64,000 bases of DNA, from NCBI GenBank assembly GCA_038859955.1, contig JAWCEH010000002.1, positions 3,306-67,305 of the forward strand, in the 5' to 3' direction. The translations under genes were made by a program, and so were the position numbers. Origin of the DNA: Candidatus Bathyarchaeia archaeon. GTDB taxonomy: Archaea > Thermoproteota > Bathyarchaeia > Bathyarchaeales > DTEX01. Positions 18,846 to 27,399 of this stretch are shown here, one piece after another (the stretch's first letter is position 1; the number at the start of each line of letters is the position of its first letter). The notes below the pieces were generated by a model, which saw only the letters and a program-made list of their open reading frames with translations, did not search any database and was not told where the DNA came from.

Positions 18846-20678
18846 ATGGATAGGCAATTATACAGGAGCAATATCGACCTAGCAATTAAACACTACTCTT
18901 CCCTATTTAAGCTTCCATCATTGCGATGCTCCCTCATCCTCCTATACTTGGAAAGCTTTCTTTTTGGATTTTTAACGAAGATGCCATCTTCTTCGTTTCC
19001 AATATGGATTTTCAGCAGTCTTTTATTTGGAGTATATTTTTTTATGGCAACTATTCTCTCAGATTATCTAGTTATTAGATTGCCACTTAAAAAAGATATA
19101 ATTTTAAACTTTAGGAGAATTCTTTTTCTCTCATTTTCTTCTAACATTCTATTCATTGTTTTTATGACGGCAAGCAACGCTTTGACGTTTCAGTTTCAGC
19201 ATTTAGACGTTGAGATATACCCCAAGGTGCTTTCACTTGGCTTCTTCGCAGCTTTATCTCTTCGCCTTATTGTTATATACTCAATCTCATTCTCAAAAGT
19301 TATAACTAGGATTTTTTCGAGCATTCTTCAACCGTTAATAATATCATCTTTGGTACTTGTATTCCACGTGACAGATTTTCACCTATATTATGTAACTTAC
19401 TTTCTTTCAGCGTTAGCGGCTTCAATCCTAAGCGTTCAACTCTTCACAAATCTCTTAAACAGGGATGGCGTAAAGCGGTTTGGTATTCCCTCACTTAAAA
19501 TATTTAGAGCGTTCCTCGCCGACTGGACTGAGAGCTTTGAGAGACCCTTTGAAGAGATATTAAGTAATCTTGGCGAGAAACGCGACGTAAGCATATCAAC
19601 GCTTATTTTTAGAGGTAAAAATAATGGAAAACTTAAGGCTATTATTGTTGTACCAAATCTCCATCCAGGACCTTTTAAGAATATTGGAAGTAGCCCCCTT
19701 CCCGGTTTAATAGCAAACGTGTTAGAGAGAGAACTACAATGTGTTGTCTCAGTCCCGCATGGAGTATCAGGGCATGAACTTGACTTGGCATCCCAAGTAG
19801 ATAATAGAATAGTTCTTAGGGAGTTGCTTAACGCCTTAAGAGAACCACATAATTTTTCGAGTAAAGTGACTAAATTCATCCTTGTTGAGAATTACGGAGC
19901 TAAAGTCGGCTGCCAAGTTTTTAATGGATGTGCTTTCTTAACTCTAACTATGGCCCCGGAAACAATGGAGGATTTACCGCTAGAATTAAATGATACAATC
20001 ATCAGAATAGCTGAAGAAATCGGCTTCTCTTGGGTTATAGTCGTGGATTCCCACAATAGCATTAACGGACCATTTGACATGGAGAGGACCACTGAATTCC
20101 TTGAAGATACCGCAATATCTGCCTTAGAGAGAGCAAAAAACCTCAAGTATACATTAGATACCATGAAAGTCGGCGCTGGAAAAATTATACCAGATGATTT
20201 GAGCTTAAAAGATGGAATCGGACCAGCTGGCATAACTGCGATAGTCATCGAGGTTAATGATCAAAGAACAGCTTACGTTACCATAGATGGAAATAATATG
20301 ATCTCAGGCTTACGCGAAAAGATTCTTTCGGATCTTAAAGACCTTGGTATAGACTTTGGTGAAATATTTACAACTGATACACATGAAGTTAACGCTGTAG
20401 TTTTAACCGATAGAGGCTACCATCCTATTGGAGAGGCTATAGACCATGATAAATTAATAGGGTACATTAAGCAAGCTGTCTCTGAAGCTATAGAAAAAAT
20501 GGAACCAGCTGAAGTGGCATGGCTTAAAACAGATATTCACGGGGTTAAGGTTATCGGGGAAAAACAAATTAACGAACTGAGCTTACTAACTCATATAGTC
20601 TCAAATAAGGCTAAGAAAAGCTCCCTTATCTTCGTGTTCACCGGGTTTTTACTTGTAATATTCCTTTCAATAATTTGA
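18846..20678 (+). CDS. Multi-pass membrane protein with a large soluble C-domain and terminal TM helix (DUF2070-like)
   Basis: About 6 N-terminal TM helices, then a soluble region (NLHPGPFKNIGSSPLPG, VPHGVSGHELDL) and a final TM helix. The family name is from memory. Confidence 0.65.
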   Translation: MDRQLYRSNIDLAIKHYSSLFKLPSLRCSLILLYLESFLFGFLTKMPSSSFPIWIFSSLLFGVYFFMATILSDYLVIRLPLKKDIILNFRRILFLSFSSNILFIVFMTASNALTFQFQHLDVEIYPKVLSLGFFAALSLRLIVIYSISFSKVITRIFSSILQPLIISSLVLVFHVTDFHLYYVTYFLSALAASILSVQLFTNLLNRDGVKRFGIPSLKIFRAFLADWTESFERPFEEILSNLGEKRDVSISTLIFRGKNNGKLKAIIVVPNLHPGPFKNIGSSPLPGLIANVLERELQCVVSVPHGVSGHELDLASQVDNRIVLRELLNALREPHNFSSKVTKFILVENYGAKVGCQVFNGCAFLTLTMAPETMEDLPLELNDTIIRIAEEIGFSWVIVVDSHNSINGPFDMERTTEFLEDTAISALERAKNLKYTLDTMKVGAGKIIPDDLSLKDGIGPAGITAIVIEVNDQRTAYVTIDGNNMISGLREKILSDLKDLGIDFGEIFTTDTHEVNAVVLTDRGYHPIGEAIDHDKLIGYIKQAVSEAIEKMEPAEVAWLKTDIHGVKVIGEKQINELSLLTHIVSNKAKKSSLIFVFTGFLLVIFLSII

Positions 20679-20762
20679 CTAAAAAGGAAAAATATTATAT
20701 CAAAGTTATGTTAAAAAATAAGGTGATTTAAAGGAGAAGCTAAGAAGGAGAAGAGATACACA

Positions 20763-21041
20763 ATGGCCGAAGAAAGCCAAGTGATGATCGGAAAGAAACC
20801 CGTAATGAACTATGTGGTTGCATGCCTAACAGCTTTTAACTCTGGTGCAAAAAGGGTTGTCGTCAAAGCCAGAGGCAGGGCAATAAGCCGAGCTGTTGAC
20901 GTTGTTGAGCTGTTGCGTCGTGCCTTTCTCAAAGATGTTACTATCGAAAAGATCGAAATAGGCACACAGGAGATGTCAAGTCCAGACCGACCAAAATCAA
21001 ATGTCTCAACTATAGAGATCTCGCTGGTGAAGAAAGAGTAA
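20763..21041 (+). CDS. albA: DNA/RNA-binding protein Alba
   Basis: 92 aa. [45 protein letters not shown] is the typical Alba core. Confidence 0.9.
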   Translation: MAEESQVMIGKKPVMNYVVACLTAFNSGAKRVVVKARGRAISRAVDVVELLRRAFLKDVTIEKIEIGTQEMSSPDRPKSNVSTIEISLVKKE

Positions 21042-21056
21042 ACGCGGAAACCTCTC

Positions 21057-21081
21057 TTATTTTTTATTTTTCATTTATTTT
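21057..21081. terminator. Oligo-T tracts between the convergent albA and RPA genes
   Basis: The run cttattttttatttttcatttatttt is read from the sequence. Archaeal RNAP terminates at T-tracts. Confidence 0.4.
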
Positions 21082-21945
21082 TTAGAACCCGGAGGGTCTT
21101 TTCTTTAGCAACAGTATTCTGGTTTGATCTTTTGTATGAAGTTCTATTTGCCCATTGAAGCGTTCTTTAGCCCTTAATTTTATAAGCATAACATATTTTC
21201 CAATATGTTCTTCTGAAAGAACATCAGCGTGGTTGTTCCAAAGCACCACAGTAATCCTACCTCTATTATCCGTGATTTCTATATGCTTAACTTTTCCCTC
21301 ACTACCATCCTGCTTCTTAAACGTAGTTAACGGATAAACTTGCTGAATATACCCGATAATATTAACCTCATCTTCACCTCTGTATAATTCACTAAGTTTA
21401 TTAGCGAAGTTCACAATGGGAGGATAATCTTCCTCTTTTAGATTTTCCGGTCTAATTTCTATCTTACTTTTGTATCCAACATTTAATTCTAAATTTCCAC
21501 CAGCCCTACGTCTCACGGATGCGTGAGATATTCTCACGATCTCATCTAATAGATCTTCAATATTCTGGAACGTAGCTTTATCATCCCATAGGACCGCTTT
21601 GACAATTCCAGTTTTATCGGCTATATAAATTGTTCTTCTGGCTCCCTCTCGTCCGTCTTGGCGGGAAAACTTTTTTAATGGAGAAACATTTATTATCCGT
21701 CCGCTAATGGTGACATCGTTTAAACCCGAAACTAAATCTTTGACATTTACCTCTCGTTTAAAAGATACATCTAAAGTAATACCTAAATCGGCAGCTAGCG
21801 ATAAAGCTGCACTCTCGGGAGTTAAGAAACCTTTAGCGTTCTTTTCTCTCTTCTTGATAATTTTTAGAATTTCTTCTTTAGTTAACTCAGGTCTCTCTGA
21901 AATTATCTTATTAATAATATCCTCTAATGACATTATGCCAACCAA
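21082..21945 (-). CDS. Replication protein A-like ssDNA-binding protein (N-terminal helical domain plus two OB folds)
   Basis: Two repeated OB-like modules (VNVKDLVSG..VTISGRI...IADKTGIVKAVLWDD and VNIIGYIQQV...ITDNRGRITVVLWNN). This architecture is typical of archaeal RPA. Confidence 0.75.
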   Translation of the reverse strand: MVGIMSLEDIINKIISERPELTKEEILKIIKKREKNAKGFLTPESAALSLAADLGITLDVSFKREVNVKDLVSGLNDVTISGRIINVSPLKKFSRQDGREGARRTIYIADKTGIVKAVLWDDKATFQNIEDLLDEIVRISHASVRRRAGGNLELNVGYKSKIEIRPENLKEEDYPPIVNFANKLSELYRGEDEVNIIGYIQQVYPLTTFKKQDGSEGKVKHIEITDNRGRITVVLWNNHADVLSEEHIGKYVMLIKLRAKERFNGQIELHTKDQTRILLLKKRPSGF

Positions 21946-22133
21946 ACCAAAAATGAATTATGCATGCGTATAAACTTGGTGCTTTTAGCTTTAAGTTTAA
22001 ATCTTATACGCATTTAGAACTAAAGGTTGTCTTACTTAAAAAGAGCATAAAATATGTCTCCTTGTGCTTTCTTGAAGGCTAAAAATTTATTTAACTGGCA
22101 TAAAATATTTCTATCTTAGGCTGGGCTAGAAAG

Positions 22134-22421
22134 ATGGCTGAAGTATCATCTGCAGCATTTCTAGTAGGTTGGGCTTTAATTATCTTTGGGGCTATGTTAT
22201 CTTTTATAGCAGCTATAATAATGTTTCTCAAAGGTATTCGAAACCGTAGGGTTAGAGGGATTAGAGGTGGATGTTTAGTTATGCTTGGGCCCATACCAAT
22301 AATCTTTGGAACCGACAGGGAATCTATTATGATTCTGATAATCTTGTCCATTGTGCTGATGATCGTAGCATTTGTGTTTATGGTAGTCTTAGGCTGGCTT
22401 TCTCTGGTAAAATGGAGCTAA
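22134..22421 (+). CDS. Small integral membrane protein (DUF131/TIGR00304-like)
   Basis: Three hydrophobic helices and the motif GPIPIIFGTD, shared with the next gene. Confidence 0.6.
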   Translation: MAEVSSAAFLVGWALIIFGAMLSFIAAIIMFLKGIRNRRVRGIRGGCLVMLGPIPIIFGTDRESIMILIILSIVLMIVAFVFMVVLGWLSLVKWS

Positions 22422-22425
22422 GAAA

Positions 22426-22854
22426 ATGGGGATTAAAATATGTGAATTATGTAGTAAAAGAAATGCAAAATATGTTTGCCAAGAATGTAGCCGAACTATA
22501 TGTGAACGATGCCTAGAGCCTTACACATGGCTTTGCCTAGAATGCTATAGGAAAATCGGAGGAACTCTAAGCCAAGAACCCGAGAGTGAGGAAAAAACCT
22601 TATTTCAAATACCATTTATTAAAATTTTTCTCATGGGATTTATATTGATGTTTATTGGTATAATCGTCATAATATTAGCCACCTTAGTTTTGGGATTAAA
22701 AAATTCTTTCAGCCTAATCTTTTTAATAGGTCCCATACCAATAATCTTCGGCGGCGGGGAATATTCCATCCCGCTTATAATTCTAGCAACAGTCTTGACT
22801 GTAATATGTATTATAATTTTTATACTTTATAGTAAACGTGGAATTAGGCTCTAA
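22426..22854 (+). CDS. Cys8 B-box-like zinc-finger domain fused to a DUF131-like membrane domain
   Basis: The N-terminus CELCSKRNAKYVCQECSRTICERCLEPYTWLCLECY has four CxxC pairs. The membrane part carries GPIPIIFGGGE, paralogous to 22134..22421. It starts 4 nt after the upstream stop. Confidence 0.65.
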   Translation: MGIKICELCSKRNAKYVCQECSRTICERCLEPYTWLCLECYRKIGGTLSQEPESEEKTLFQIPFIKIFLMGFILMFIGIIVIILATLVLGLKNSFSLIFLIGPIPIIFGGGEYSIPLIILATVLTVICIIIFILYSKRGIRL

Positions 22855-22888
22855 ACTAGAAAATTTAATTGCAGAATCATAATTTGTT

Positions 22889-23752
22889 TTAGCACTTTCG
22901 ACTTGATTTTATGGATTGGAATGATGACTCTATAAGTTGAATGTATTCTTTGCTTAGCTTTGCTTTTATTCTGCGCCAGTTTTCTACAGCATCCTCTAGA
23001 TGGCCTTGACTTAGTAGCTTACATATGCGGATTAAGTCCTTTAGAAAAATTTCTATCCGCCCTTTATAGCATGATTCTTCAGCCCTTTTAGTTAATTCTA
23101 AGGCCTCTTCAAACCGACCTAGACGTATAAGTAGGAAACCAGCCTCGCAGTAGCTCCACGCGGCCTCAAAATATTCTTGACACTGAAAGAAGGCGTCGGC
23201 AGCCTTAATATACAGGCTTGACGCATCCTCATGATTGCCCAATTTTTGATTGCAGTTTCCCGCGTCCTTAAAAAGTCCTCCTGCCAGAAGCAGTTTTCCG
23301 TTCTTAAGTGCTCTTTCAGCGGCATCCTGATAAATGAGAGCGGCCTTCTCAGGGTTGCCATTACTTACAAAATGGTCGCCTGCAACTTTAAATGCATGAA
23401 TATCTTCACTATTTAACCTGGAAACATTCTCCCTTAGCGCCAAATACTGCTCCCACATCTTCAATCCACAGAATCTAGCCATTTCCAAATCCCCGCCCTC
23501 TTTAAAGGCCTCCGTAGCCCTGAAGTATAACATGATCGCTTTCGTTGATTTACCAAATCCTTCAGCCGCCTGCATATAGCATTCACCAGCTTTTATAGAA
23601 AATCTTCTTTTATTGGATTCGTTATTAATTATTCCAAAGTGAACCGCAAGATGCCGAAAGTAGCGAGCTGCACTCTCATAATCTCTTTTTCTAAGGGCTT
23701 CACTAGCTAGAAACTCAAGGATGCTGGCAGAATTATTGTCCCCAATTTCCAT
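22889..23752 (-). CDS. All-alpha TPR-like repeat protein with a SNAP-like layout
   Basis: 287 aa of repeated helical hairpins with small-residue patterns (AGECYMQAAEGF, YFRATEAFKEGGD, IYQDAAERA, LYIKAADAFFQ). The C-terminal block EIFLKDLIRICKLLSQGHLEDAVENW resembles the SNAP C-terminal motif. Confidence 0.6.
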   Translation of the reverse strand: MEIGDNNSASILEFLASEALRKRDYESAARYFRHLAVHFGIINNESNKRRFSIKAGECYMQAAEGFGKSTKAIMLYFRATEAFKEGGDLEMARFCGLKMWEQYLALRENVSRLNSEDIHAFKVAGDHFVSNGNPEKAALIYQDAAERALKNGKLLLAGGLFKDAGNCNQKLGNHEDASSLYIKAADAFFQCQEYFEAAWSYCEAGFLLIRLGRFEEALELTKRAEESCYKGRIEIFLKDLIRICKLLSQGHLEDAVENWRRIKAKLSKEYIQLIESSFQSIKSSRKC

Positions 23753-23925
23753 TCACATTTATCCTCAAAATGATTATGTGAAATATGAGAAGATAAATCT
23801 TCTCACAAACTTCTAATTGTGAGCGAGTATTATGGGCGATTTCAGTGATTAACTTGCTCTTTTTTCAACTAGTATCTCTTAATTTTAGTATGAATTTTTG
23901 GTTAAATGAAAATATTAACTGGCAA

Positions 23926-24102
23926 TCAAGAATATAAGAGGACTTTTACCCAATCTTTGTTTAGTACGTTAAGAGCCTCTTCCTTGCCAACAATCCATTC
24001 GCCACCCCCATAGGACTGTATCTTAGGATCGCCAAAAGACATTGCACCTAAGCATATTCTTGAAATTTTAAGACCGGACTGCCCAAGACGCGCGTATTCC
24101 AT
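23926..24102 (-). pseudogene. N-terminal remnant of an aldo/keto reductase gene
   Basis: MEYARLGQSGLKISRICLGAMSFG is the conserved AKR N-terminus. The reading frame ends after about 58 aa, whereas the family runs to about 300 aa, and no remainder of the gene lies downstream. Confidence 0.6.
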
Positions 24103-24403
24103 ACCGATTCGCCCCCTCACTATGCTATAGTTTTTACAAAATATATATCATGAATTATATCAGTCAAAAATTTCGCATAATTTTTAACAACGAATTTTCC
24201 TCCTCAAATAAACATCGGCAGTAACTTTAGAGCCCTCTAGCAACGTTTTCAAACTAACGCCTAATATCATGATCATCTAGGAGATAGGCATAGCTTACCT
24301 TAACCATAAAACCATCAAAGAAGAATAATTTAGCCGAGCTAAGTAGTGGTTCTAAACCCGAAGGTGGCGGGCCCGGGGGGAATTGAACCCCCGACTTCAG
24401 GCT

Positions 24404-24419
24404 ATCCTCAACAGTATTT
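24404..24419 (-). other. tRNA intron 2 (canonical 37/38 position, 16 nt)
   Basis: Bulge-helix-bulge motif: central helix CUUC/GAGG flanked by the 3-nt bulges GG|A and AU|A. The intron hairpin AAU-ACU-GUU forms the outer helix. Confidence 0.75.
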
Positions 24420-24427
24420 CCGAAGGC

Positions 24428-24462
24428 TTACGCCTAATTTATCCATGACTTTGCTTAATTGA
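24428..24462 (-). other. tRNA intron 1 (non-canonical 29/30 position, 35 nt)
   Basis: Relaxed BHB: central helix GCGC/GCGU flanked by the bulges AG|U and AA|G, with outer helix CCU/AGG. A GNRA-capped hairpin AGGC-GUAA-GCCU spans the 3' junction. Confidence 0.7.
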
Positions 24463-24557
24463 CTGCGCCCTATCCAAGCTAGGCCACGGGCCCTAACTAT
24501 CAGAAACTAGCGCGAGGTTGCACTAAAGGATTATTGTGTTTTAGTCTCGTATCCCTT

Positions 24558-25262
24558 TCATTTTACCTTGATGATCTTTGGTAGCTTACCTATTAAGCCA
24601 GCGTATTCTTCCCGAATTATTATGGCGCCTCTTACCCCTCTTATGCCTCTAGCCCTTTCTAAGCCTCTAGATATAGATTTTTCAACATCTAGGCCTGTAA
24701 CAGCATTACATATTGAGGTTGCCGCTGCATCAGCTATGGCAGCATTCTCAGCAACAACAGTGACAGAGTCAGCCTCTCCAAAACTTATTGTCCATTTTGC
24801 TTTTCCAGTACTTGTTCCAATACCTAAAGGCGAGTCGCTGTTGCCAACTAGGAAACCTATTCCGCCAGAGAAGTGAGGCTCACCAGTTAGAACTGATATC
24901 GTGATATCTTCGCCGGAGGTGTAGGCCGATATCTCACCGCCATCTTCAACAATCGCTATCTCAGCGCCATTCCTAAGCAAAGCCTCAAGGCCTAAATCCG
25001 CTATCGCACCGGCAACGGATGCCATCGGTCCCACACCAGCAACCATTGAGGCTTCAATCATTCTTCTGACGATTAGGGGTGCTTTAAGATCAGTATCCAA
25101 AGGTTCAAGTAGATATTGAAAGTGCGGATTATACCGCATATAATCAGAGAGAGCTTTTATGTGGTGCTTTATCTCCTTAATAGCCTCTGAAATAGCCTCT
25201 TTTCTATCACTTTTTATATGAATTTTTGAGTATCCAGTAAGTAAGCCGTACTCGTATAGCAT
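24558..25262 (-). CDS. UPF0280 / ApbE-like protein (COG2122)
   Basis: 234 aa. VAGVGPMASVAGAIAD and the C-terminal AADAAATSICN pattern are typical of the archaeal UPF0280 family. It is the last gene of the operon with the two genes upstream. Confidence 0.7.
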   Translation of the reverse strand: MLYEYGLLTGYSKIHIKSDRKEAISEAIKEIKHHIKALSDYMRYNPHFQYLLEPLDTDLKAPLIVRRMIEASMVAGVGPMASVAGAIADLGLEALLRNGAEIAIVEDGGEISAYTSGEDITISVLTGEPHFSGGIGFLVGNSDSPLGIGTSTGKAKWTISFGEADSVTVVAENAAIADAAATSICNAVTGLDVEKSISRGLERARGIRGVRGAIIIREEYAGLIGKLPKIIKVK

Positions 25263-25268
25263 TTTTTG

Positions 25269-25658
25269 TCACGGTATGGCTATAGCTTTTACAGGGCATG
25301 CTGTAACGCAAACTTTACACGCCACACATTTCTCTTCGTCAAATATTAGAGTCCAATCCTCTTTAAACCTTAAAGCTCCAGTGGGACATGGCGATATGCA
25401 TGCGCCGCATGATATACACTTATCCCAGTCTATATGCAAAGTCTCAGCAAACTCTTGGATTTGCACACCTGCCTCCTTAAACATGTTGAGCACTTCACTT
25501 AGTTTATCTCCAGTTGCTGGTATAGAGACAACAAGTTCACCTTTCTGGGCGTTTACTTTAGCCTCAAGTATATTGATTGGCACCCCTGTTTTCAGCACTA
25601 TGCTGGCTAAAATGGGCTTTTCGACAACGCCATGAGAATATACGAGCCTAACCCTCAT
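25269..25658 (-). CDS. NIL-domain 2x[4Fe-4S] ferredoxin (MA1822-type)
   Basis: N-terminal NIL-like domain plus CISCGACISPCP and CVACKVCVTACP. Its start overlaps the upstream stop (ATGA). Confidence 0.8.
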   Translation of the reverse strand: MRVRLVYSHGVVEKPILASIVLKTGVPINILEAKVNAQKGELVVSIPATGDKLSEVLNMFKEAGVQIQEFAETLHIDWDKCISCGACISPCPTGALRFKEDWTLIFDEEKCVACKVCVTACPVKAIAIP

Positions 25659-27184
25659 TTTACACTTACACCTCCAACAACCTTACGTGATATATCATCT
25701 GTCGTTAAGACCCCAATTACATGATTTAGTTTATCGATTACCGGAACCCCAGAGATGTTGTGTTGAGCCATCCTACGCACCACAACATCTATAGATTCAT
25801 TTTCAAATGCTGTTACAACTCTCCTAGTCATTATTTCCTCAAGTCTCCTTTTGTCTTGTGCTATTGCTTTTGCCAGGTCCCATGAGGTCACTATCCCAAT
25901 GAGTTTACCCACTTCATCGACAACTGGCAGATGATCTATACCCTTCTCGATAAGCTTTGCTGCTACATCCCTTATATCATCATTTGGCTTGGCGGTAACA
26001 ACATTACGGCTCATTATATCGCCAACTCTAAGTTCCCTTCCTCTAACCTTAAGTGGCTTAAATTCACCTCTCCTTTGGAGTGGTTCAATTGGTTTAGTTA
26101 AGAAAAAGATGCCCTCAAGAATCCATTTTTTAAGGATTTCAGATATCTCTCTAGCCATCTTATAGCTGGATAGAGAGGAGGATGGGATACCTCTTTCACC
26201 CAAATAAACTCTTCCAGATCTAAGCTCAGCGTATGAAACATGCTTAACGATAGGTCTTAAATCCGGCCTAGTTGGCACGGCATAATCACGTATATTGACG
26301 AAAATATCTTCATCCTTTAAGGCGGCTGTTTTAGCAACTCTCACGCTTGTAATAGGTATTGGTATTCCTATGCCAACATAAAGTGTGGTTCCATATCGAT
26401 AGAACGATGCACCACGTAGATATCTATTGTTCATCTGCTTCAAGTCTCCCTTAATCATTAGCGTGCCGTAACCTGATCCAGGACTATGTTGAGTCCCTTC
26501 ACCGATCACATAACCTACTCCACCGCCAAGAAAGATTCTTGTTCCGAAACCAATAGTTTCATAATTTGGGTCTTTACAAAGCGGATTTAATTGTCCAGCA
26601 CCGGAAAAGGTTATGTTCCCATAGTTTGGTAGAAGCGTACCCATATACGTATATAAAACTCTATCAGAGCTATTCGTAGCAGCGTCGTATCTTTGATAGC
26701 AATTTCGTGGATTAACAAGTATCGCTTGATTTAAATCATCGATTGTAATAGCGGTTTCAATATGTCTCCTCGGATAACAATCCGTTCCGTAGGATTCAGC
26801 CCTTAAAATGACTTCCCTGCCAGAAACTAAATCCTCAATAACATGTCCACCGCCATATTCCAATCCTCTAACTTCGCTTGCTGATGTAGCTCCCAAATAA
26901 CCATCTACGGCAGCGAGGCCTTTATAAACTGGGACATCATTCAGCCAGCATTTAGTCATTTTAATAGGTGGGTCAGAATGCCCAAAATTTAGGAAGACAC
27001 CAGAGCTGCACATTGCACCAAATGTTCCAGTAGTTACAACATCAACTTCCTTAGCAGCAACCTCTATACCACTACTTTCAACAAGATTAATCATCTCCTC
27101 AGCTGTTAGTACAACGGCGTCACCGCGTCTTATCTTATCATTTATCTCTTCTATCGAACGCAACTCTTCATTTCTTTCCCGCAA
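25655..27184 (-). CDS. COG1900-domain homocysteine biosynthesis protein with a C-terminal CBS pair (MA1821-type)
   Basis: 509 aa. The large N-domain (VVTTGTFGAMCSSG, GGGVGYVIGEGTQH) is followed by two CBS modules (IMSRNVVTA..HLPVVDEVGKLIGIVT and IMTRRVVTA..GVPVIDKLNHVIGVLT). Confidence 0.8.
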   Translation of the reverse strand: MRERNEELRSIEEINDKIRRGDAVVLTAEEMINLVESSGIEVAAKEVDVVTTGTFGAMCSSGVFLNFGHSDPPIKMTKCWLNDVPVYKGLAAVDGYLGATSASEVRGLEYGGGHVIEDLVSGREVILRAESYGTDCYPRRHIETAITIDDLNQAILVNPRNCYQRYDAATNSSDRVLYTYMGTLLPNYGNITFSGAGQLNPLCKDPNYETIGFGTRIFLGGGVGYVIGEGTQHSPGSGYGTLMIKGDLKQMNNRYLRGASFYRYGTTLYVGIGIPIPITSVRVAKTAALKDEDIFVNIRDYAVPTRPDLRPIVKHVSYAELRSGRVYLGERGIPSSSLSSYKMAREISEILKKWILEGIFFLTKPIEPLQRRGEFKPLKVRGRELRVGDIMSRNVVTAKPNDDIRDVAAKLIEKGIDHLPVVDEVGKLIGIVTSWDLAKAIAQDKRRLEEIMTRRVVTAFENESIDVVVRRMAQHNISGVPVIDKLNHVIGVLTTDDISRKVVGGVSVK

Positions 27185-27388
27185 AAACGTCAGCCTCCTG
27201 AACGCAAATTAAATTCTCATACTTTTGTCTAATCGACACCTTAAAAGGAATCATTTCCTTCATATATATTCTTTTGCATATTTTCGCAGAATATTTATTC
27301 ACTATTACATATATTTTTTATCTTGAAATATACGTCCATCAAAGAGACGGAAAGATTAAGCTTTAGAAGTAGAAAATATAGTGAGATG

Positions 27389-27399
27389 CCAGTGGAAAC
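27389..27399 (+). promoter_or_regulatory. Single origin-recognition-box (ORB)-like core CCAGTGGAAAC
   Basis: Read directly from the sequence. It lies beside an AT-rich stretch in the divergent intergenic region and is followed by a GGTGC..GCACC hairpin. Only one copy was seen. Confidence 0.2.

Larger units (their letters stand above)
24365..24493 (-). tRNA. tRNA-Arg(UCG) with two introns; CCA is genome-encoded
   Basis: The minus-strand sequence begins GGGCCCGTGGCCTAGCTTGGATAGGGCGCAG, then intron 1 (35 nt), GCCTTCGG, intron 2 (16 nt), and AGCCTGAAGTCGGGGGTTCAATTCCCCCCGGGCCCGCCA. After removing both introns there are a 7-bp acceptor stem, a D-arm, a perfect anticodon stem CAGGC/GCCTG, the loop CUUCGGA, a 5-bp T-stem and a TTCAATT loop. 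Confidence 0.8.
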
